Part shown: in pieces, positions 19,417 to 28,875 of the stretch
Numbering within the stretch: the stretch's first letter is position 1
How the letters are laid out: each line of letters begins with the position of its first letter
Assembly: GCA_964013565.1 (NCBI GenBank)
Contig: CAXGWU010000004.1
Span: 57,491 to 121,490 of the forward strand
DNA: 64,000 nucleotides
Direction: 5' to 3'
Source: an uncultured Oligoflexia bacterium
Lineage (GTDB): Bacteria; Bdellovibrionota; UBA1018; UBA6935
Made by a program: the position numbers and the translations under genes
The notes under the pieces: model-generated
Databases searched by the model: none
Told to the model about the DNA's origin: nothing
Seen by the model: the letters and a program-made list of their open reading frames with translations, nothing else

Positions 19417-22236
19417 ATGACTCAATATGAAGATCTTTCTCCTCAACAAAAAGAAGTAGTTGATTCTTGGGGACAAGGCCTTGCTGTTCAGGCAGGGGCA
19501 GGTTCTGGTAAGACAACAACTCTTGTAATCAAATGTGAAACTCTTTTGAAGAGAAAACCTGATGCTCGGTTTGCAGCAGTTTCTTTTACTGAAAGATCTG
19601 CTAGTGATTTAAAAGAGAAGTTATCTGATCGAATTCATTTGGGAGGACCTGACTTTGCAGGGCACTGGGTAAAAACTATTCATGGTCTTTGTGCTTCAGT
19701 GATTCGTGATTTTCCAACTGAAGCAGGATTTGATGGCGAAGAGACTGTGATGGCTGAAGCAGAAAGTCTTGAGCTTTGGGAGCGTTGTGTTCAGCGCCTT
19801 TGGTGGGATAATCCTCCAGAAGAAGTTGAAAGAGCAGTTGATTTTTTACTTAAGCGAGAAACACGAAGTTCTTTTTTGGATTTACTCAAGAGATCAAAAG
19901 ATTTGGCGTCTTTTGGGTTGATAGAATATCTAAATAGAAACTCAGATGAACAAGCTTTGCAGAAGGTGCTGTCGTATTTGTTTGAGCACTACAATCGTTT
20001 AAAGTTTAGAAGAGGAACGATTGATTTTCAGGATTTAGAACAAGGAGCCGATAGAGCTTTATCTTATTCTCATGTTCAAAAGCATTACCAACAACGTTTT
20101 GATTTGGTGATGATTGATGAGTTTCAAGACACAAATCCGCTTCAAGCAAGACTTTTGTGGAATTTTGTTAAAAACGATCAATCTAACCTTTGTGTTGTAG
20201 GTGATCCGAAGCAATCTATTTATCGATTTAGAGATGCTGATGTTTCTGTCTTTGATGACCTTTGCTCTCGTTTACCAGTGAAAAAATCTTTGAGTTGGAA
20301 CTTTAGATCGCGACCCGAAATTATTCATTACGTAAATGGAATTTGTGAAAAAATTTTTCCTTATTCGAAAATGAACTATGAACCTCTTGAGCCAAAGAAA
20401 TCTTCGACTGATGAACCTGCGATCATAGAGTTGAACATTACGGATCCGAAAGAGTTTGCGGGTTGGGTTCAATCAGAGCGAGCAAAAGGAGCTCGTTTAG
20501 AGGATATGGCTATTCTTTTAAGGAAAATTCGAGGAAATGAGAATTGGATCAAAGCACTTATTGAATCTGGTGTTCCGATAGCGATTAGTTCGGGGGGGCT
20601 TTTCTGGGAAGACCCAAGAGTCAGAGAGCTTGTTTCTTTTCTAAAGTGGTGGTCACAACCTGAAAATGAACTTTCAGGAGCTGTTTTTTTACGAGCTCCG
20701 TGGGTTCCGGTCACAGATGATTGGATTGATGAGCAAAGAAAATTAGATAAAAATCTTTGGGATTCTTTTTTCGAATTAGAGATTCCTTTAGCGAAGAGGC
20801 TCTCAAAGTTTTTAAATCAACCGGTTCGTCCCTCAGAGCTTCTTTGGAGTTTTTTAGAGGAAGGGCAAGAAGAAGAATTAGGAACTGCTGTTTTAGGATT
20901 ATGGCATCGAGCGGAGGAATCTTCTTCAAGAGGATTAGATTTTGTGATGAATGTGAGTGAGATGGAAAATGCCGTTCAGAAAAGTCTTAGGGAAAGAGAA
21001 GTTCCTCCACCGCACAATGAAGGCCAATTAACGATAATGACTCTTCACGGATCAAAGGGGTTAGAGTTTCCAAGAGTGATTTTGTTAGATTTAAAAGGAA
21101 AAACAAAAGCACCTAATTCTCCTCTTCTCTATTGGGATAGAAATGATGGTGCATATTTAGCAGGAAGAGACGATTTAGGGGCAAGACTAAAGAAAGATTC
21201 AGTTGAAAATCTGTGGAAAGATCGAGAGCTTTTACATGTTCGAGCAGAAAGTATGAGACTGTTTTATGTCGCATTGACTCGTCCTCAGAATCAATTAATT
21301 TTAGTAAAAACGGAAAATGAAAAACTTGAAAAAGAATATGAGAAACCAGAAAAAATTTTTGAGTCTGATCACTGGAGAGGTTGGATCGATCTCGCGGGTG
21401 ATTCTAAAATTATTCAGAAGGAAGAAGTTCGAAACGAAAATTTTGAACAAAATCCACAAACAGAAGAGGTTTTTTGTTTAAATAAAATCAATTCATATCA
21501 AAAAGAACGTCCAAGACATAGTGTGACTGAATGGAATATTCTCTCTCTTTGTGAAAGGAAGTATGTTTGGAAAACGATTGTGAGCAGAGCTCCACAAAAG
21601 AAAGTCCAGGTACGTGATTCTTCTTCTTCTTCTTCTTCCATTAATTTTCAGGAGTTGGGAACAGATGTTCATGCTGCTTTTGAAAATGAAGACCGTGAAT
21701 CTTCATTTATCTTTTTAAAGAAAAAATGGAAAAATATCTTACCTTGGGATGATCTTTTAGAATGGTCAAATCAGAGTCAATGGTTTAGTGAGAATTTTAT
21801 TCAAACATGGAATGAACTTCCTTTTGAGGTTCCTGTAACCTCAGGAAAAGCGCAAGTTCTTGTTGGAGCAATTGATCGAGTTGTCGAGAGTAAGGATGCT
21901 TTTTATATTCTTGATTACAAAGTCACATTGAAATCAAAATCTGCAGAAGCATTAATTGAAGCTTACCAAGCTCAATTGCAACTTTACTGTTGGGCCTTAA
22001 GTCAGCTTTTGTTTGACTCACCAAAGAAAATAAAAGCATTTTTAATTCAAATTGATCAAAGTGGGGTACGTGAAATAGAAGTTCCGGTTTCAGAATCTCC
22101 AAACATTCATCCATTTAAAATTGCATCTCGGATTAATGAACTTATTGCAGCTCCTGAAAAACATCAAGCGACTCCTTCAGCTCATTGTTTAGTGTGTGAA
22201 TACTCTTCATTTTGTGATCGAGCAGCTTTGTGTTGA
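19417..22236 (+). CDS. addA: AddA/UvrD-type helicase-nuclease
   Basis: Walker A is AGAGSGKTT and motif II is IDEFQDTN. The C-terminal nuclease motif ILDYKV is followed by CX2CX5C (CLVCEYSSFC). My start is the Met of MTQYEDLSPQQ; the tracked ORF starts at 19390. Confidence 0.8.
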   Translation: MTQYEDLSPQQKEVVDSWGQGLAVQAGAGSGKTTTLVIKCETLLKRKPDARFAAVSFTERSASDLKEKLSDRIHLGGPDFAGHWVKTIHGLCASVIRDFPTEAGFDGEETVMAEAESLELWERCVQRLWWDNPPEEVERAVDFLLKRETRSSFLDLLKRSKDLASFGLIEYLNRNSDEQALQKVLSYLFEHYNRLKFRRGTIDFQDLEQGADRALSYSHVQKHYQQRFDLVMIDEFQDTNPLQARLLWNFVKNDQSNLCVVGDPKQSIYRFRDADVSVFDDLCSRLPVKKSLSWNFRSRPEIIHYVNGICEKIFPYSKMNYEPLEPKKSSTDEPAIIELNITDPKEFAGWVQSERAKGARLEDMAILLRKIRGNENWIKALIESGVPIAISSGGLFWEDPRVRELVSFLKWWSQPENELSGAVFLRAPWVPVTDDWIDEQRKLDKNLWDSFFELEIPLAKRLSKFLNQPVRPSELLWSFLEEGQEEELGTAVLGLWHRAEESSSRGLDFVMNVSEMENAVQKSLREREVPPPHNEGQLTIMTLHGSKGLEFPRVILLDLKGKTKAPNSPLLYWDRNDGAYLAGRDDLGARLKKDSVENLWKDRELLHVRAESMRLFYVALTRPQNQLILVKTENEKLEKEYEKPEKIFESDHWRGWIDLAGDSKIIQKEEVRNENFEQNPQTEEVFCLNKINSYQKERPRHSVTEWNILSLCERKYVWKTIVSRAPQKKVQVRDSSSSSSSINFQELGTDVHAAFENEDRESSFIFLKKKWKNILPWDDLLEWSNQSQWFSENFIQTWNELPFEVPVTSGKAQVLVGAIDRVVESKDAFYILDYKVTLKSKSAEALIEAYQAQLQLYCWALSQLLFDSPKKIKAFLIQIDQSGVREIEVPVSESPNIHPFKIASRINELIAAPEKHQATPSAHCLVCEYSSFCDRAALC
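21618..21638 (+). repeat. (TTC)7 trinucleotide microsatellite inside addA; it encodes a run of 7 Ser
   Basis: I counted seven perfect TTC units by hand. They are read in the addA frame as TCT codons (DSSSSSSSI). The run lies between the helicase and nuclease parts of the protein. Confidence 0.9.
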
Positions 22237-22380
22237 TGCGCTGTGCTTTGTTGTTGTTTTTTATTCAAAAATATTTCACTAGACAGAAAATAGATCTCCA
22301 GTCATAAGCTCATTTCTTTTTTTAACAACAATGTCTTTTGTTTTAAAAGACAAGATAACGATCATTGAGAGGGGATTGTT

Positions 22381-23328
22381 TTGAATAAGATAAAACTGTT
22401 TGTGGCAGCAGCTTTGATTCTAACTTGGCTTCCAGGCTGTGAAATTGAAGATGGATGTCTTGTTTTACCGGGTGATGATCCAGAAAATTGTCATGCAGAT
22501 ACAGATGGAAGAGTTGACGAGCCTGCTGAGGTGGATGTTGATGAGCTTTGTTCCGAACTCGCTAAAATGAAGCTTCCAGGATTTGAAGACTATACTGAAG
22601 GAAGAATTGTGACTCCCCTTGGATACTCTGGGACTGAGATTCCTGAGTCGACTACTGTTTGGGTAAATGAGTATCCTGTTAAGAATATGAAGTGGACGTG
22701 GACAGGACCAGGTTTATCTCATTATTCTTGGATTTGGCAAAATATTCCAAATACTCATATGGAACCAGCGACTGTGGATGCTTCTCAATTGGATCAAAAA
22801 GGAAAACCTGTTGGTGAAGACATTTATGAACTTGAAATTGATCACAAAGCCCAACCTCACTTCAATAAAGAAAAGTGGGATGCTCCAGAAAACTGGTGGG
22901 AACAAAATATTGTGTGGGTAGTTGTAGAAACAGGAGCGCTTCCAGAACCTCCGAGTGCACAATTTAGATATCGAGAAACTCTAGGTGGAACAGATGATCA
23001 TGTTGTTATGGCTCCTATTGTGATTACCTTAGAGTCAGGAAAGGCATGGGCGTTAGCTGCATCAGTTCCTAAATTTGCTTCAGGATCGTGGGAAATTTAT
23101 GGAGGACCTTTTAGAGTCAGAGGTCGGGCTTATCGATTCAGTAGTCCAAAAGATAACTCTGTAGTTGGAGATCCTCTTGCAGCTCACTACACGACAGTAG
23201 CTAATCCTGAAGATTATTTTCCGTATGGTGCGCTTCAAGGAACTGGATATGGAGAATGGTTCTTTTCTGCAACACATGGAATGTGTCAATTTAGAAAAGG
23301 AAACATGGATGATTTAGGAAGTAAGTAA
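22381..23328 (+). CDS. Lipoprotein, unknown function
   Basis: The start is TTG with a GAGAGGGGA Shine-Dalgarno sequence. A lipobox is present (LTWLPGC). The 315-aa product is Trp-rich and I recognised no domain. Confidence 0.6.
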   Translation: MNKIKLFVAAALILTWLPGCEIEDGCLVLPGDDPENCHADTDGRVDEPAEVDVDELCSELAKMKLPGFEDYTEGRIVTPLGYSGTEIPESTTVWVNEYPVKNMKWTWTGPGLSHYSWIWQNIPNTHMEPATVDASQLDQKGKPVGEDIYELEIDHKAQPHFNKEKWDAPENWWEQNIVWVVVETGALPEPPSAQFRYRETLGGTDDHVVMAPIVITLESGKAWALAASVPKFASGSWEIYGGPFRVRGRAYRFSSPKDNSVVGDPLAAHYTTVANPEDYFPYGALQGTGYGEWFFSATHGMCQFRKGNMDDLGSK

Positions 23329-23330
23329 AA

Positions 23331-24866
23331 TTACTCTAAAGACGATGAGAGAGAAATTTCATTTTTTTGAAGTTTCTCTCTCTCTGTTTGAAGTTCAATT
23401 GTGACTCTTGTAAATTTATTTTTCTCACTTTCGAGATTAATTTCCCCACCCCATGAGAGAATTGTTTTTTTTGCATCCCATAGGCCCAATCCTTTGAGTT
23501 CCTTTTTTTTGTTTTTTGTGGAGAATCCTGGAAAAAATATTTTTTCAATATTTTCCTTTAAAATTCCTTTTCCATTGTCTTGGATGTTTATTTTTATTTT
23601 CTCATTTTTCAGTTCGTAAAAGATTAGTATTTCTCCATTGTTTTCTATTGCTTCAATAGAGTTATTAATGATATTAGAACAAATTCGAATAAATTTATTA
23701 GAGTTTCCGTAAAAAAATCTCGATTTAAGTTCTTTTGAAAAAAGGTGTTTTATTTGAATATTTTTATTTAAATAAAGTTCATGTTTTTTTTCGAAAATTA
23801 AATCCTCAATGGTTTCAATAATGAAAATTTTCTTTTTCATAGATCCATTAAAATAATGAGATTGACTTAGGTCGTTGATTATTGTTTCTATTCTGTGCGA
23901 GGCCATGCGGATTAATTTTTTTTCAGTTTTGAATTCATCGATTCCAGATATTCCAACTTTTAAAGCTGAGAGAGGAGATTTTATATCGTGAATGACTTGT
24001 CTTGCTATTTCTGCTTTTGCTTTAGATTCTTTTTCTAAGATTTCTTGTTTGTTTTTAACATTAAGATATTCTGTGTATTTTTCGACAGCATGCTCTAGAC
24101 GTTTAATTTCATTGTTTTCTAGTGTTGGTTTTTCGTTTTCGTTTAGTTTAAGAGATATTTTTGAGGTTAGGTGTTGAATTGGGTCAATTATTTTTATTTT
24201 AAAAAATAAAAGACTAAGTGTAACTCCTAGTATTAAAAAAATAATAAATGAAATAAGAAAAACGTAGCTATTCTCTTTTTGGTTATCTTTATAATTAATT
24301 TTAATTCTTTCATTAGAGAATAATTCTCTAGATTTGTTTTTTGTTAATATTTGAACACGATCTCTATGTAAACCAATAAGTTTATCTTCATCTATTGAAA
24401 TTTTTATATATGCTACAGGAGGTCCGTTAGCAATGAGGTGATGGTTGTCGTCAAATGAAATTTTTTTGGTTATATATAAATTATTTTTAATCCACTTTTT
24501 TTTTGTCGCTATTGCTTTATTTTCTTCGTTTTTTATGAAGAATTTCCAGTTTGTTATAAAATTAAATTCGTTTAAGTCAGAATAGATTTTAGAGAATAAG
24601 AGAGTTTTGATGTGAGTTCTTAATGGTTTTGGAGAGAGAATATAGTTTATCATTTCTGTTGATTGAGAAATGTTACTAATTCGATCTTTAGTTCGATCTA
24701 CTTTATGGTTTATGCTTTTTTCTATTTGATTTCTAAGGTTTTCCCTAATTTCGAAACTTTCACGATCTTTTTGCATTTTCCATTGAATTAAGAAGAATAA
24801 TCCTAAGCTAAGAGGAACTGCAACCGAAAATAAAATAGTGATAATGAGTATCGTTTTAATTTTCAC
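23331..24866 (-). CDS. Orphan sensor histidine kinase (TM, about 170-aa periplasmic domain, TM, HisKA, HATPase)
   Basis: The H-box is VIHDIKSPLSAL. The N and G boxes are NIINNSIEA, DNGKGI and GLGLWD. Two TM segments are present. The DNA is very AT-rich and the protein is rich in Lys, Asn and Ile. Confidence 0.85.
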   Translation of the reverse strand: MKIKTILIITILFSVAVPLSLGLFFLIQWKMQKDRESFEIRENLRNQIEKSINHKVDRTKDRISNISQSTEMINYILSPKPLRTHIKTLLFSKIYSDLNEFNFITNWKFFIKNEENKAIATKKKWIKNNLYITKKISFDDNHHLIANGPPVAYIKISIDEDKLIGLHRDRVQILTKNKSRELFSNERIKINYKDNQKENSYVFLISFIIFLILGVTLSLLFFKIKIIDPIQHLTSKISLKLNENEKPTLENNEIKRLEHAVEKYTEYLNVKNKQEILEKESKAKAEIARQVIHDIKSPLSALKVGISGIDEFKTEKKLIRMASHRIETIINDLSQSHYFNGSMKKKIFIIETIEDLIFEKKHELYLNKNIQIKHLFSKELKSRFFYGNSNKFIRICSNIINNSIEAIENNGEILIFYELKNEKIKINIQDNGKGILKENIEKIFFPGFSTKNKKKELKGLGLWDAKKTILSWGGEINLESEKNKFTRVTIELQTEREKLQKNEISLSSSLE

Positions 24867-25908
24867 TTTTTATAAACCTTATTTTTTTCCACCATGAATT
24901 TAATTTTTCTTGGTTTTCGCCCACTGGTTCACGGATGATAGAATAGTTTTCTTTTTTTAAAAAATTAATGGCTTCTTTTTTTAGATTTTCAATCTTTTGA
25001 TTGCTAGATGAATTTGTTTTTTTATAGGGAGAAAAATAAAAAGTTTCTTCAATCAGTGTTTTTGTATTTTTTTTATTTGTTATTCTTTTTACAAAACTTA
25101 TTAAAGAATTTAGTCTCTTTTTTGAGTAGCTTTTATTTAAAATGCAGACGAAGTCAGCCCCTATTGTTGGATAGTTTTTAGGTATGAAATAGGATATGTT
25201 TTTGTTAGTTTTTATTGCTCTGGTTCCGATGCCGTGCCACCCATAAGACGCTGCTTTTGAATTATTTTTTAAGAAAACTATTGAAGATTTAAAGTCTTTT
25301 TCAGAAATTCCTTTAAATTTATCAGTAATCGAATTTAGTTCAGATTCTGTGCAATTTGATAATATTTTTTCTATTGAGTAAGGATGACCTTCTAGAGAAC
25401 GAGTACATTTTTTTTTAGAATCAATCATTGCTCTAATAAAAATTTCAGAGGCTTCATCAATAAGTCTAATTTTCTTCTTTTCTTTATTTAGATTGATAAA
25501 GTCGAAAATAGTATCAGGAGGAGGGGTGAGAATATTGCCTCTAGAAACGTAAGCAGTTACTGACCAAATGTAGGGAATGCAGTGTGGAGCAAGTGCTCTA
25601 ATTTCTTTTAGATACTCATTTGGTCTCAACTGATTTAGAGTATTTTTTTTTATATAACCATGCCTGTTTAAAATTTTATAAGACGAATTTGAAAGAATAG
25701 CAATATCGTATAATTCTGTTTTAGCTGCGATTGAACCGAGAGCAATTTGATTGGATCGATATAGTGTTGCATCAATTTTGTAGTTCAATTTTTGAAGGTC
25801 CGTCAGTGTAGACTCAGGCAGAAACCCCCACCAGCTCATCAACTTAATTGGGGTTATTCCAAATGTACTAGACAAGAGAAGGTAAAAAAAGAGGGTGGGA
25901 GTAAACAT
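24856..25908 (-). CDS. PotD/PotF-like periplasmic solute-binding protein
   Basis: It has a signal peptide. The stretch LMSWWGFLPESTL...YDIAILSNSSY resembles the N-terminal lobe of polyamine-type binding proteins. It overlaps the downstream kinase gene by 11 nt. Confidence 0.6.
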   Translation of the reverse strand: MFTPTLFFYLLLSSTFGITPIKLMSWWGFLPESTLTDLQKLNYKIDATLYRSNQIALGSIAAKTELYDIAILSNSSYKILNRHGYIKKNTLNQLRPNEYLKEIRALAPHCIPYIWSVTAYVSRGNILTPPPDTIFDFINLNKEKKKIRLIDEASEIFIRAMIDSKKKCTRSLEGHPYSIEKILSNCTESELNSITDKFKGISEKDFKSSIVFLKNNSKAASYGWHGIGTRAIKTNKNISYFIPKNYPTIGADFVCILNKSYSKKRLNSLISFVKRITNKKNTKTLIEETFYFSPYKKTNSSSNQKIENLKKEAINFLKKENYSIIREPVGENQEKLNSWWKKIRFIKSEN

Positions 25909-26094
25909 TTGTGCGCCGTTCTACCTTATTCTTTATAGAATGTCAAAGTTCATTACTAAAAAGATACACTAAAAAATCTTATAAAATCATATAGTTATTT
26001 TTAGAAGTTGATTTTTTAGGTTTTAGATTACATGGTCAATGTTCTTTATTTTCATTAATTTACAAAAACAATCAAGTATGAGATCCTATAAATA

Positions 26095-28023
26095 ATGAAT
26101 TTGTTTCAGTTTTTGACTAGAAACACGATTTTGTATGCTGTGGTTTTCGCATTTTTTCTGGGGGTTTATCCTCAGTACGGAGTTGCGTCTTCTTCCAAGA
26201 GGGATACGCCGGAGTCTATTCGGTGTATTTTGGGCGATAAAGGGATTGTTGAAAATCCTGTGAGTTCTGAAGATTCTTTGAAAATTAGTTTCAGTCCTGA
26301 TGAGCAAGATGAAATTGCTCTTTATAGAGAGAAGTGGAAGCGACACCGGTCGCATTCAGATAAAGCAAAAGAACGTTTTCAAAAAAATCATGACGAAGAC
26401 ATTAAAATGCTTTTAAGTGGCAAGGCTTTATCAGAAGACAAGCGAGTATTTTCTTTTGTAAATGCTGTTCAAAAAGAGTTGAATGATCGAGTTATCAGAA
26501 GTCAAACTTTGGTTGATGCCATGAATAATCGATATCGAAAGCTTTTAGAAGAAGAGTTAAATAAATCTTCTGTTTTAACGATGAGAAGATGGGATGGCGC
26601 TTTTGGAACGGACGGTGACTTCAAAACTTACCGAATTGAAATTGATGTTGAGGACGACCCAGCAGTTGCGGCATTGGTGACAGAAGAAGTTGCAAAAGCT
26701 CATTTGGCGGCATCAAATCGATTCGTTACAGAGTTACAAAAAAAATATCCTAGAACCTATGCAAAAATTAAAGAAGCAAATCGTTTAGCTGCGGATCCAG
26801 AGCACTGGTTTCAGATTGGTGTGGGTAGAGTTGCAGAAGAAGCCGATCAGGTAAGTAAGTTTAATCGAAGTCGGTATCGAGAAGTGAAAAAAAATAGAAC
26901 GAATTCTAAGCTGAGTAGTCGTGAACGGGCTGGAGTTTTATCTTATGATGACATTGAGTTTATTGACCTTGGGAGAAAATCTAAAAATCAATATGATTCG
27001 CTTTTAGAAAAACTTCAGAAAAAGAAAAAATTTTTAAAAGAAGGAATTTTAGTTCAAGGGAAAAACTCTGGGAAACTGATTCCTTCACGGAATATGATTG
27101 CAATTCTTAGAAAAATTGAAGTGCCTAAAGGAACCGATTACCAAGGGTATTTGAGTGCTGTTTTAGAGCAAATGGAAAAACGGTTTCCTCACACTAAAGT
27201 ATCTAGGGAAGAAGTTGATACGTTAGTTCAAGCCTATCGAAAAATACAGCAATGGGATCCTAATGCGATTCAAAAAAAATGGGAACCTTTAAATATTGCT
27301 GAGATCTCAGGAAGAGGAGGGCTCTTTGGAGATGCACGAGCTTTAGGTGCGATGAATTTGGAATATACTGCAGACGCACTTGCTTCAATTGATGGAGCAA
27401 GGGCCGGACATATCACGATCGTACGTGAGTCCCAAAAGTCCTTTCAAGCAGCAACAAAAGAATTAGAGTCATCTTATGAGGAAACGGCAAAGATTACACA
27501 AGATTTTGTCCGAGGGCAGAGATCTTTGAAAGCTCCAATGGGAAACCGAGCTGATGTTACTTATCTCAAAAGTAATAGTGGAAGAAGTGGTGATGATTGG
27601 GTTCAAGTATTTCAAGACGATATGACGATTCAAGACGTCAGATCTTTTGTCGGATATCTTCATTCTCGTCTTCCAGAAGGAAATAAAGCTCCGAACCGTT
27701 TGACTTATGTTTCAGGAAAAAACTTTTATGGGAAGCCTTTAGATGCACAAGTAATAGAAACCCTTCGTTTTTCAGGGGAAGACTTAGAAAAGAAAATGGC
27801 AAAAGAATTTGTCTCTGTAGGAAGTTATCCCGCTTCTCAAAAAATGACCTCATTAATTCATGTTTCAATTAATCAGAATGGAAAAGCGGTGTATGAACCG
27901 ATTTTTTCTGGAAAAATATCAGTAAAAGATATGAAAAAAATAAACAAAGCTGTTTCTAAAACTTGCTTAGAGCAGAAGAAAATTTGTAAGCCAGTCCAAT
28001 GGGTTAAGTCCTTCTCTCTATAA
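26095..28023 (+). CDS. Exported hypothetical protein (642 aa)
   Basis: It has an N-terminal hydrophobic signal (ILYAVVFAFFLGVYPQYGVA). It is charged and probably helical. I recognised no motif. Confidence 0.6.
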   Translation: MNLFQFLTRNTILYAVVFAFFLGVYPQYGVASSSKRDTPESIRCILGDKGIVENPVSSEDSLKISFSPDEQDEIALYREKWKRHRSHSDKAKERFQKNHDEDIKMLLSGKALSEDKRVFSFVNAVQKELNDRVIRSQTLVDAMNNRYRKLLEEELNKSSVLTMRRWDGAFGTDGDFKTYRIEIDVEDDPAVAALVTEEVAKAHLAASNRFVTELQKKYPRTYAKIKEANRLAADPEHWFQIGVGRVAEEADQVSKFNRSRYREVKKNRTNSKLSSRERAGVLSYDDIEFIDLGRKSKNQYDSLLEKLQKKKKFLKEGILVQGKNSGKLIPSRNMIAILRKIEVPKGTDYQGYLSAVLEQMEKRFPHTKVSREEVDTLVQAYRKIQQWDPNAIQKKWEPLNIAEISGRGGLFGDARALGAMNLEYTADALASIDGARAGHITIVRESQKSFQAATKELESSYEETAKITQDFVRGQRSLKAPMGNRADVTYLKSNSGRSGDDWVQVFQDDMTIQDVRSFVGYLHSRLPEGNKAPNRLTYVSGKNFYGKPLDAQVIETLRFSGEDLEKKMAKEFVSVGSYPASQKMTSLIHVSINQNGKAVYEPIFSGKISVKDMKKINKAVSKTCLEQKKICKPVQWVKSFSL

Positions 28024-28152
28024 GAGTCATTTTTTTGACAAAAAAGGCAGTTTTTATCTTGGACCCCAGAGGGGGGTTGTTGCTAAACTCTAACTAACTT
28101 AATGAAAAGCCACGGAAAATGGCAATGTAGCACCTAGGGAAAAGGGGTAAGC

Positions 28153-28875
28153 ATGAAGACGCAAGTCCAATGGGCAAAGGCGGGGTATTTTCTGATTACA
28201 GGAATCCTTCTTTTGATATGGCCAGCGAAAGCAGCAAGAGCTGATGAAGAGTATAATTTTTCTTGGTTAGATCCAGACAAAAAGATTTATGTGCTTCAGA
28301 ATCGTCGATACCAAAAAGCAAAACATATTATGCTGAGTGTGACAGGAGGACTTGGAAACGCAAGTGCCTACCGAAATACAATTAATATTGAACCTCGGGC
28401 CTCTTATTACTTTTCTGAAGCCTTTGGGTTTGAAGCTTTTTTTAATTATAACTTCAATAGCGAAAATGACACTCTTGATGCATTGAGAAATGCGGTAGGA
28501 AGTACACCTGTTCTTCCTGTGATTCGACAGGTTGCAAGCCAAGCAGGTCTTTTGTTTGTCTGGGCTCCTTGGTATTCAAAAATTAATGTTTTTAATTCGA
28601 TCCTTTATTTTGATTGGTTTTTTACATTAGGTGCGGGAATGACGAATACTGAAGTAGAAACTCGAAATTCATTTGCAGCGGATTCTAATTTAGTAAAAGA
28701 AAGTTTATTTTCGATTTTTTGGGGAACGGGACATCAATATCACGTCAATGAGTGGTTTAAAGTTCGTGTAGATTTTACAGCTTCTCATTACAGAGCCCCT
28801 ATTTTTGGAATAACAGGAGATGAAACGTGGTTCGACAATTACAATTTCAATATCGGCGTTGGATTCCAGCTTTAA
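28153..28875 (+). CDS. Small outer-membrane beta-barrel protein, GltA/GltB/NfsA/NfsB-like
   Basis: It has a signal peptide (LLLIWPAKAARA). It shows alternating beta-strand patterning rich in aromatic residues, and its C-terminus is NIGVGFQL. It is the first gene of the Glt/Nfs-like cluster. Confidence 0.6.
   Translation: MKTQVQWAKAGYFLITGILLLIWPAKAARADEEYNFSWLDPDKKIYVLQNRRYQKAKHIMLSVTGGLGNASAYRNTINIEPRASYYFSEAFGFEAFFNYNFNSENDTLDALRNAVGSTPVLPVIRQVASQAGLLFVWAPWYSKINVFNSILYFDWFFTLGAGMTNTEVETRNSFAADSNLVKESLFSIFWGTGHQYHVNEWFKVRVDFTASHYRAPIFGITGDETWFDNYNFNIGVGFQL

Noticed and set aside
22290-22360. Hairpin GTCTTTT-gtttt-AAAAGAC upstream of the 22381 lipoprotein gene, considered as a terminator or attenuator.
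   Set aside because: The AT-rich 7-bp stem has no following U-run and there is no competing structure that I could see. It is most likely incidental.
28024-28152. TGGCAATGTAGCAC upstream of the beta-barrel gene as a second sigma-54 promoter.
   Set aside because: The GC element is not at the required distance from the GG. Positions 14-15 of the motif read CC. It fails the -24/-12 geometry.
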